DNA from: a virus
Length of the DNA: 64,000 nucleotides
Virus record (IMG/VR): IMGVR_UViG_3300035670_000140
Coordinates: 1-64,000 of that record
Strand: one strand, 5' to 3'
In this document: positions 56,932-64,000 of the stretch, piece by piece
Layout: the number at the start of each line of letters is the position of its first letter
Numbering within the stretch: position 1 is the stretch's first letter
Translations under genes and position numbers: made by a program
Notes under the pieces: generated by a model
Told to the model about the DNA's origin: nothing
What the model saw: the letters and a program-made list of their open reading frames with translations, nothing else
The model's database searches: none

Positions 56932-57350
56932 GCGAATTTGAAAAGAATATGGAACAAATATTTGATATTGATGTTTCAGCGACAGATGTTGAAAAACCAC
57001 CTCTTATTAAAAAGAAAAGAGAAGAAAAGAACGATCAAGATAGTGACTACGAATATACTAGAGGTCAACTATATGATCTAATAGAAAAAGGTCAAGAAGC
57101 TTTCAACGGAGCATTGGAAGTTGCTCAGGAATCTGGGCACCCTAGAGCATATGAAGTAGCAGTGAATGCCATGAAGCAAGTTGCTGATGTAGCAGATAAA
57201 CTTATAGATCTTCAGAAAAAAATGAAAGATTTAGATGCTCCAACTAAGACTGGACCAACTACTGTTAACAATTCTTTGTTTGTTGGATCTACTGCTGATC
57301 TCCAAAAGATGATAAAGGAGATGGGCAAAGGTGACGCTGAAGATAAATAA
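56928..57350 (+). CDS. gp16: Terminase small subunit gp16
   Basis: DYEYTRGQLY; HPRAYEV; FVGSTADL. Confidence 0.92.
   Translation: MSEFEKNMEQIFDIDVSATDVEKPPLIKKKREEKNDQDSDYEYTRGQLYDLIEKGQEAFNGALEVAQESGHPRAYEVAVNAMKQVADVADKLIDLQKKMKDLDAPTKTGPTTVNNSLFVGSTADLQKMIKEMGKGDAEDK
57342..57349 (+). promoter_or_regulatory. Late promoter
   Basis: GATAAATA. Confidence 0.5.
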
Positions 57351-57369
57351 TCAATAAAAGTCTAATAAG

Positions 57370-57651
57370 ATGAGAATCAAAATTTTAGATGAGGCAGAAA
57401 TATTAAGCTCTGCTTCAAAAACAGATGTAACTAAAGCATCTGATGTGTATCTATACAATACACATTCAGATTTAACAGGTTCTGCTTCTACCAGAACTGT
57501 TTCTGTTTACGAAGAAGATGGTACTACGGTAGTTGGTAGTTTTGCTTTGACTGTTGGTATTCCTCTTATTATTCATAAAGAACCCCAACAACAAATTACT
57601 GTTGACAGTACATCAAATGTCACAGCTACTAAAGTCGCTTACTTAGGATAA
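57370..57651 (+). CDS. Hypothetical (probable virion) protein
   Basis: 93-aa beta-rich ORF. Confidence 0.75.
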   Translation: MRIKILDEAEILSSASKTDVTKASDVYLYNTHSDLTGSASTRTVSVYEEDGTTVVGSFALTVGIPLIIHKEPQQQITVDSTSNVTATKVAYLG

Positions 57652-58370
57652 TGGCACAATTTAACTGGGACGATAATTTTAAATTGAATGTTTCCATGGG
57701 CAAAGTCCGTGGTGCTACACCAGTTCATAAGTTTGGTGCTGTGCCAGCGATGTCACAAAGCGCCACAGGAACTATCTGGGACAAGAACGATACCGTTTAT
57801 CCTTGGAGTGCTTTTGATACTGCTGGAGTAATTACTGCTTCTATTGCTAATGCTTCAGACAACGGTAAGATTGTGACAGTTCTTGGATTGGATAATGACT
57901 TTAACGAAGTATCTGATACTTTTACATTATCCAGTACAGCAACTGTAGCAGGCACAGTTTCCTTCCGTCGTGTGTTTAGAGCATACATTTCAACTGGCAC
58001 TAATAATGTTGGTGATGTAAATTTTACCAAGAATGGATCTGATGTCTTGAGAATTACTGCTAGTAAGGGTCAAACTCTTATGGCAATCTACACAATCCCT
58101 GCTGGTAAAACTGGATATCTTTATAAGGGAGTTGCTACAGCTCAATCGGGTGCTGATGGTAGCGGAAACATGTTTGTTAGATACTTCGGTCAAACAGCAT
58201 TTAGGATCGGTCATTCATTTGAAGTTACTGGTGGTGGGGAATATGATTATGAGTTTGCTTTCCCCATTCGTATTCCAGAGAAATCTGATATTGATGTGAG
58301 AGTAACAACCAGATCAAACAACGGGCGCTATACAGCAGCATTCGATCTATTACTACTAACAGAGCAGTAA
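57651..58370 (+). CDS. Hypothetical (probable virion) protein
   Basis: VHKFG; GQTLMAIYTIPAGKTGYL; IPEKSDIDVR. Confidence 0.8.
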   Translation: MAQFNWDDNFKLNVSMGKVRGATPVHKFGAVPAMSQSATGTIWDKNDTVYPWSAFDTAGVITASIANASDNGKIVTVLGLDNDFNEVSDTFTLSSTATVAGTVSFRRVFRAYISTGTNNVGDVNFTKNGSDVLRITASKGQTLMAIYTIPAGKTGYLYKGVATAQSGADGSGNMFVRYFGQTAFRIGHSFEVTGGGEYDYEFAFPIRIPEKSDIDVRVTTRSNNGRYTAAFDLLLLTEQ

Positions 58371-58371
58371 G

Positions 58372-58998
58372 ATGAAAAACTACAAAGAGATCAAACAACT
58401 TGCCGAAGAAGCAAAGAAAAAAGAAAAGGAAGAAAAGCGTTTTTGTAAGCTTTGCCAAAAACCAGAAACAAGAAGTGAGTGCTCTTATGGCGAGAAAGCA
58501 TGGGATCGTTTTGCTGTTCCAGTTAAGTCAGTAAAGATGGAATCTTATGACAAAGGAGAATATGATTATGAAGGTGACATGGCAAAGACTCAATTAAAAG
58601 GAGTCATTAGAAATGCTCAGGAACTTCATGATATGCTAAAACCAGATGATAATCTTCCAGAATGGGTACAGTCTAAAATAACACTTGCTTTTGATTACAT
58701 TCAAACAGCATCTGATTATATGAAAAGTGTAAATGAAGAATTAGAACTAGATGAATCTACTTGGACCAAAAAAGCAGGTCAAAACAAAAACGGTGGTCTT
58801 AATGAAAAAGGTCGTAAATCATATGAACGTGAAAATCCAGGCAGTGATTTGAAAGCGCCATCAAAAGAAAAAGGAAATCCTCGTAGAAAATCATTCTGTG
58901 CCAGAATGAAAGGAATGAAAGCAAAGCTGACATCTAAAAAAACTGCCAGAGATCCAGATAGTAGAATTAATAAATCACTAAGAGCCTGGAACTGCTAA
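58372..58998 (+). CDS. Modular protein, possibly an internal head protein (DUF6321-like C-terminus)
   Basis: MKNYKEIKQLAEE N-terminus; GGLNEKGRKSY...RRKSFCARM...SLRAWNC. Confidence 0.65.
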   Translation: MKNYKEIKQLAEEAKKKEKEEKRFCKLCQKPETRSECSYGEKAWDRFAVPVKSVKMESYDKGEYDYEGDMAKTQLKGVIRNAQELHDMLKPDDNLPEWVQSKITLAFDYIQTASDYMKSVNEELELDESTWTKKAGQNKNGGLNEKGRKSYERENPGSDLKAPSKEKGNPRRKSFCARMKGMKAKLTSKKTARDPDSRINKSLRAWNC

Positions 58999-59074
58999 CA
59001 AAAGTATATAATTTGTTACTTTACATTCTCTAATTTTGATATATAATATCATTACCGTATCAAGGTAAGACTAA

Positions 59075-59299
59075 ATGGATACTAAAACCTGCCCTAAATG
59101 TGGGGCTTGCTGGATTGGGGGTCAACACTTCTGGGCTGGCACAAATAAGAAGGGCAATGAATTAGATTTAGCAGGTCTAGTTTGTAATAAATTTGGAGAT
59201 GATTCCTGTATTAATCCATGCAAAGGAAAAGATGGTGGAGATACGTGGGAAAAAAGATTTGAAGATCTACAAAATAACATGGGCAAGAACGATATCTAA
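59075..59299 (+). CDS. Small Cys-rich protein
   Basis: CPKCGACWIGGQHFW...DLAGLVCN...CINP. Confidence 0.75.
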   Translation: MDTKTCPKCGACWIGGQHFWAGTNKKGNELDLAGLVCNKFGDDSCINPCKGKDGGDTWEKRFEDLQNNMGKNDI

Positions 59300-59302
59300 A
59301 TA
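59295..59302 (+). promoter_or_regulatory. Late promoter
   Basis: TCTAAATA before gp17. Confidence 0.55.
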
Positions 59303-59325
59303 TTTTGTAGTGATTTAAACAATTA

Positions 59326-60978
59326 ATGGCTAGACAAGATGATGTATATCTTGGCAATCCGCTGCTTAAAAAAGCAAACGTTGCTATTGATTTCACAAAA
59401 GAACAGGTAGAAGAATATATTAAGTGTAAGAACGACCCTGTTTATTTCACAAAACACTACGTCAAGATTGTTTCTCTTGATGAAGGTCTAGTTCCGTTTA
59501 AAATGTGGGACTTCCAGGAAGAACTTATTATGAAGTTCCACCAAAATAGATTTAACATTGCTAAACTTCCTAGACAGACTGGCAAATCCACTACTGTGGT
59601 TTCATATCTTTTACATTATATTCTATTCAATGATAATGTCAATATTGGAATTCTAGCAAACAAAGCATCTACAGCTAGAGATCTTCTTGCTAGATTAGCA
59701 ACAGCATACGAAAACTTGCCTAAATGGATTCAGCAAGGTGTTGTTGTGTGGAACAAAGGTAATATTGAATTAGAGAATGGATCAAAGATCCTTGCTGCTT
59801 CGACATCAGCATCTGCTGTTCGAGGAATGTCATTCAACATTATCTTCTTGGACGAATTTGCTTTCGTTCCAAACCACATTGCTGATTCGTTTTTTGCTTC
59901 TGTTTATCCTACAATTACATCAGGTAAAAGTACAAAAGTTATAATCATTTCAACGCCCCAGGGCATGAACCACTTCTATAAGATGTGGACTGATGCTGTT
60001 AATGGGAAGAATGGATATACTTTCCACGAAGTACACTGGTCTCAGGTTCCAGGTAGGGATGCTAAGTGGAAAGAAGAAACTATCAAGAACACATCAGAAA
60101 GACAGTTTACTCAAGAATTCGAATGTGAATTTTTAGGATCTGTTGATACTTTAATTTCTGCTCCTAAGTTAAGAGCATTGACATTTGAAGATCCAATAAG
60201 CTCCAATAAAGGATTAGATATTTACGAACAACCAAAAGAAAGATCCGAATATTTGATGACGGTTGACGTAAGTCGTGGAATTGGTGGAGACTATTCTGCT
60301 TTCATTATATTTGATATAACAACAGTTCCATATAGGATAGTAGGAAAATATAGGAACAATGAAGTTAAACCTATGCTGTTTCCAAATATTATAAACGATC
60401 TTGCTAGAGCATATAATAATGCTTGGGTATTATGTGAAGTAAACGATATCGGTGATCAGGTAGCTTCTATTTTGAATTACGATCTTGAGTATCCTAATGT
60501 GCTCATGTGTGCTATGAGAGGTCGTGCTGGGCAGATTGTGGGGCATGGATTCTCTGGTACTAAAACTCAACTTGGAGTTAAGATGAGTATAACAGTCAAG
60601 AAGGTAGGTTGTGCCAACTTAAAAAGTATTGTAGAAGATGATAAGTTAATTTTTAATGATTACGATATTATCAATGAGCTTACTACATTCATCCAGAAAA
60701 AGCAATCCTTTGAAGCAGATGAAGGATTCCATGATGACTTAGTAATGTGTATGGTTATCTTTGCTTGGTTGGTCCAGCAAGATTACTTCAAAGAAATGAC
60801 GGATAATGATGTCCGTAAGAGAATATATGATGAACAGAAAAATCAAATTGAACAAGATATGGCTCCTTTTGGATTCATTACTACTGGTTTAGAAGGAGAC
60901 GAAGGTTTCGTAGAGGATGGGTCTTTGTGGGAATATGGTGATACTCAAGAAGACGTAGCTTATATGTGGAACTACTAA
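59326..60978 (+). CDS. gp17: Terminase large subunit gp17
   Basis: Walker A PRQTGKST; Walker B IIFLDEFAF; STPQG; nuclease VDVSRG..GDYSA and HDDLVM. Confidence 0.97.
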   Translation: MARQDDVYLGNPLLKKANVAIDFTKEQVEEYIKCKNDPVYFTKHYVKIVSLDEGLVPFKMWDFQEELIMKFHQNRFNIAKLPRQTGKSTTVVSYLLHYILFNDNVNIGILANKASTARDLLARLATAYENLPKWIQQGVVVWNKGNIELENGSKILAASTSASAVRGMSFNIIFLDEFAFVPNHIADSFFASVYPTITSGKSTKVIIISTPQGMNHFYKMWTDAVNGKNGYTFHEVHWSQVPGRDAKWKEETIKNTSERQFTQEFECEFLGSVDTLISAPKLRALTFEDPISSNKGLDIYEQPKERSEYLMTVDVSRGIGGDYSAFIIFDITTVPYRIVGKYRNNEVKPMLFPNIINDLARAYNNAWVLCEVNDIGDQVASILNYDLEYPNVLMCAMRGRAGQIVGHGFSGTKTQLGVKMSITVKKVGCANLKSIVEDDKLIFNDYDIINELTTFIQKKQSFEADEGFHDDLVMCMVIFAWLVQQDYFKEMTDNDVRKRIYDEQKNQIEQDMAPFGFITTGLEGDEGFVEDGSLWEYGDTQEDVAYMWNY

Positions 60979-61208
60979 TGGACTTAGCAGATCAGTTTTC
61001 ATTAGATTATTTGATCTTTAAGGAAAGACAATGTAGAAAATGTGGTAAAACTAAAAGTTTGTTGGATGATTTTTATTTAACAAGAAAAAATAGACCTACT
61101 GTACTTTCGGCATATTCATATGAGTGTAAAGTATGTACAGTAAAACGAATTGTTGAATCTAGAAAAAAGAAAAAACAAGATGTTTTGTGGGAATATCCAG
61201 ACTGGTGA
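60978..61208 (+). CDS. Zn-ribbon protein
   Basis: CRKCG...DFY...YECKVC; TAATG coupling to gp17. Confidence 0.75.
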   Translation: MDLADQFSLDYLIFKERQCRKCGKTKSLLDDFYLTRKNRPTVLSAYSYECKVCTVKRIVESRKKKKQDVLWEYPDW

Positions 61209-61247
61209 GTGTTCGTGTTTCATTTCCCCACTTGAAATAGAGAAAAT

Positions 61248-61255
61248 AATAAATA
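61248..61255 (+). promoter_or_regulatory. Late promoter
   Basis: AATAAATA before gp18. Confidence 0.55.
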
Positions 61256-61292
61256 ATTCTAGATTTAATCTGGATACCTACAGGAGAAAAAC

Positions 61293-63260
61293 ATGGCAAG
61301 TCAAATCTCGCCTGGTATTGTAATCAAGGAACGTGACCTCTCTAATGCCGTTGTAACAAATGCACAAGCAATTGTCGGTGCTTTTGCTTCAACCTTTCAG
61401 AAAGGTCCCGTTGGACAGATTGTAAATATCAGTACACAAAGAGAACTATTAGATATTTTCGGCAAACCAAATAATGATAATGCTGAGGATTGGTTTGTAG
61501 CTTCAGAATTTTTAAACTATGGCGGTAGACTTGCCTTAGTTCGTGTGGAAACTGGTACTAATTCAGCAAATAGTGGCAACAATAGTGCTTTAAATGTAAA
61601 AAACTCCGCCGACTGGGATGCTGGTCTGGGTGCTGGAGAAACTTTTGTTGCTAAGAATCCTGGTGCTTGGGGCAACTCACTAAAAGTTATTGTTGCTGAT
61701 AGAGGTGCCGACCAAATCATCACCCTTGCTACTGCTCCTGCCACACCACCTGTTGCTGGTGGTGCTGTTACTTTTAACGTTGGTGGAACAACCAAAACAG
61801 CAGAAGTAATTTCTTACAACGCCACATCAAAAGTTCTAGTTGTTGTTCTAGATGATCCTTCGGTTCTAATTACAACATCTAATACTCTAGAAGATGGTGC
61901 TACCGACGTTGCTATTACCGAAGCAAAAGATTGGTGGAGTAACACTTCAGTAGATGGTATTGCTCTTTCTTCAATCGGTCCTCGTCCTGGAACTTCACAG
62001 TATGCTGTTGATAGAGGAATCAAGTATGACGAAGTTCACGTTGCCGTTGTAGACAGCACTGGAAATATTTCAGGAACTGCTGGAACAATTATCGAGCGTT
62101 TAACTTACCTCTCGAAGTTAGAAGATGGTAAAGGAACAGAGAATCAAGTTTCATACTATAAGACAGCAATCAACGAGTCTTCTGCTTACATCTATACTGG
62201 CGCTACCATCGTCGGTGGGTATGCTCCACTTTCGACTGCTGCTGGCGTAGCATGGGCACAAGATTCTGGTGATTTAAATTCAGGAGATCTTTTCCGTCTT
62301 GCCCTAGCTACTTCGACAGCGTTAGCAGATGGTGCCGATGATTATGCTTATGATTCTGGAGAAATTGGCGATGCCTATGATCTTTTCCTAGAAACAGAAG
62401 AGTCAGAAATTGATTTCGTTCTAATGGGCGGTTCAATGGCATCGGAAGCTGATACAAAATTAAAAGCAGCTTCTGTAGTGGCGGTTGCTCAAACTAGAAA
62501 AGACTGTGTTGCTTTTGTTTCTCCTCACAAAGGTAATCAAATTGCTACTTCGGGTGGAGCGTTGACAAGAAGTGTACAGAAGTTAAATACAATCAACTTC
62601 TTTAATACTCTTTCTTCAACTTCATACGCTGTGTTTGATAGTGGTTATAAGTACATGTATGATCGTTTCAACGATAAGTATCGTTGGATTCCATGTAACG
62701 GAGACGTTGCTGGTTTGTGTGTTTCTACTTCCGCCACTCTTGATGATTGGTATTCACCTGCTGGTACAAATCGTGGTGGTCTAAGAAATGCTGTTAAACT
62801 AGCATTCAACCCAACACAAGCTGATAGAGACGAACTCTACCAGGCAAGAATCAATCCTATTGTTTCTTTCCCTGGATCTGGAGTTATTCTATTCGGTGAT
62901 AAGACTGCTCTTGCTTCTCCTTCTGCTTTTGATAGAATTAACGTTCGTCGTTTATTCCTCAATATTCAAAAGAGAGCTGAAGAACTTGCTAAGGGAGTTC
63001 TATTCGAGCAAAACGATGCTACAACCAGAGTTGGTTTTGCTTCTGCTCTAAACTCATATATGAGTGAAGTTCAAGCAAGAAGAGGAGTTACCGACTTCCT
63101 CGTGGTTTGTGATGAAACTAACAATACTCCAGAAGTTATTGATAGAAACGAGTTTGTTGCTGAAATTTATATCAAACCAACCCGTTCTATCAACTACATC
63201 ACAGTAACTTTAACAGCTACTAAGACTGGTGTATCGTTTAGCGAAGTTATCGGTGCCTGA
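61293..63260 (+). CDS. gp18: Tail sheath protein gp18
   Basis: SPGIVIKERD; WYSPAG.NRG; GDKT..SAFDRINVRRL; IKPTRSINYI. Confidence 0.96.
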   Translation: MASQISPGIVIKERDLSNAVVTNAQAIVGAFASTFQKGPVGQIVNISTQRELLDIFGKPNNDNAEDWFVASEFLNYGGRLALVRVETGTNSANSGNNSALNVKNSADWDAGLGAGETFVAKNPGAWGNSLKVIVADRGADQIITLATAPATPPVAGGAVTFNVGGTTKTAEVISYNATSKVLVVVLDDPSVLITTSNTLEDGATDVAITEAKDWWSNTSVDGIALSSIGPRPGTSQYAVDRGIKYDEVHVAVVDSTGNISGTAGTIIERLTYLSKLEDGKGTENQVSYYKTAINESSAYIYTGATIVGGYAPLSTAAGVAWAQDSGDLNSGDLFRLALATSTALADGADDYAYDSGEIGDAYDLFLETEESEIDFVLMGGSMASEADTKLKAASVVAVAQTRKDCVAFVSPHKGNQIATSGGALTRSVQKLNTINFFNTLSSTSYAVFDSGYKYMYDRFNDKYRWIPCNGDVAGLCVSTSATLDDWYSPAGTNRGGLRNAVKLAFNPTQADRDELYQARINPIVSFPGSGVILFGDKTALASPSAFDRINVRRLFLNIQKRAEELAKGVLFEQNDATTRVGFASALNSYMSEVQARRGVTDFLVVCDETNNTPEVIDRNEFVAEIYIKPTRSINYITVTLTATKTGVSFSEVIGA

Positions 63261-63289
63261 TATCACAAACAAACTAGAGGTAAAAAACG

Positions 63290-63919
63290 ATGGCAACTAA
63301 AATTAACGAGTTTATCACTACTATTGGGCAAGGTGTCAAGCCCAATATGTTCTCCATTGATATTCAATGGCCTAGCACTGGATTTGCTAGTGGACAACCA
63401 GACAACAATGATAAGGATCTTACAAATATTCTTTGTAAGTCTGCTGCTCTCCCAGCATCCAACCTAGGTGTAATTGAAGTTCCTTTCCGTGGTCGTACAG
63501 TAAAGATCGCTGGAGATAGAACATTTGATACTTGGACTGCTACATTTTTTAATGATAAGGATATGAAACTACGTTCATACTTTGAGCAGTGGTTGGAAGC
63601 GATGAATACCCATGAAGGTAACTACGCTCCTCTATTCGTTCCTAACCAGACTGATGGTTACATGTGTGATGTTAAAGTTAAGCAGTTAGAGAAGAACGCT
63701 AATACTAGCGGTGGTCAAGTTCTAAGAGAATATATTCTCAAGCACTCTTTCCCAACTAACGTTTCTCAGATTGATCTTGCTTATGATAGCAATGATCAGG
63801 TTGAAGAATTCTCAGTTGAATTCCAATATTCATACTGGTTAGTTCAAGCTCCTACTTCAAGTAACATTGAAGGTGGTTCAAGCGGAAGAACTGGTACTTC
63901 AAAACTGATCGAAAACTGA
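63290..63919 (+). CDS. gp19: Tail tube protein gp19
   Basis: LCKSAALPAS; VPFRGRTVKIAGDRTFDTW; EEFSVEFQY. Confidence 0.95.
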   Translation: MATKINEFITTIGQGVKPNMFSIDIQWPSTGFASGQPDNNDKDLTNILCKSAALPASNLGVIEVPFRGRTVKIAGDRTFDTWTATFFNDKDMKLRSYFEQWLEAMNTHEGNYAPLFVPNQTDGYMCDVKVKQLEKNANTSGGQVLREYILKHSFPTNVSQIDLAYDSNDQVEEFSVEFQYSYWLVQAPTSSNIEGGSSGRTGTSKLIEN

Positions 63920-63922
63920 TTA

Positions 63923-63930
63923 AATAAATA
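63923..63930 (+). promoter_or_regulatory. Late promoter
   Basis: AATAAATA, followed by palindrome TAGATCTAT-aga-ATAGATCTA (63929-63949). Confidence 0.5.
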
Positions 63931-63958
63931 GATCTATAGAATAGATCTACACAATACT

Positions 63959-64000
63959 ATGAGTCAACTGTTTGGTTTTTTAATTAACAAAAAGGGGGGA
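63959..64000 (+). CDS. gp20: Portal protein gp20, N-terminal fragment
   Basis: MSQLFGFLINKKG directly after gp19 (T4-like synteny); only 14 codons visible. Confidence 0.75.
   Translation, partial: MSQLFGFLINKKGG

Noticed and set aside
58995-59070. NtcA site upstream of 59075
   Set aside because: GTA...TAC spacing is 10 rather than 8; only a short AT-rich inverted repeat and a weak TTTACA-N18-TATAAT remain.
59326-60978. Intein or intron in the terminase
   Set aside because: Continuous 550-aa ORF of normal gp17 length with all motifs in order.
60978-61208. Homing endonuclease next to gp17
   Set aside because: Only a 76-aa Zn-ribbon; no HNH, GIY-YIG or endonuclease VII catalytic region.
11629-63051. 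Short antisense or off-frame ORFs inside structural genes
   Set aside because: Fully nested in well-supported genes, with no motifs or expression signals.

Overview
This 64 kb window comes from a T4-like cyanomyovirus (probably infecting Synechococcus/Cyanobium). All credible genes are on the + strand. 1-4884 is a tightly packed run of small hypothetical ORFs. 4834-5420 is a non-coding-rich switch region with five perfect copies of an 11-mer containing the cyanobacterial DnaA box TTTTCCACA, AT-rich/A-tract DNA and a 14-bp inverted repeat; it is a candidate origin or DnaA decoy. 5017-9711 is an early-gene island with GC rising to about 70% locally. It is built of short cassettes, most headed by a 22-24 bp dyad motif at near-constant distance from a sigma70-type -10 box, and includes KTSC and ArdA-like genes. 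9855-50375 is the baseplate/tail module: PAAR-like protein, gp25, gp6, gp7, gp8, a DUF4815-type protein, giant fibre proteins (one with two tandem phycobiliprotein-like repeats) and three LamG-like lectins. 50379-54154 is a fibre-linked cassette with a U32-family Fe-S protein fused to a methyltransferase and a 2OG-Fe(II) oxygenase. 54418-64000 carries gp13, gp14, gp15, gp16, gp17, gp18, gp19 and the start of gp20. No rRNA, tRNA, CRISPR or transposase was seen. All family assignments come from motif recognition by eye, not database searches.
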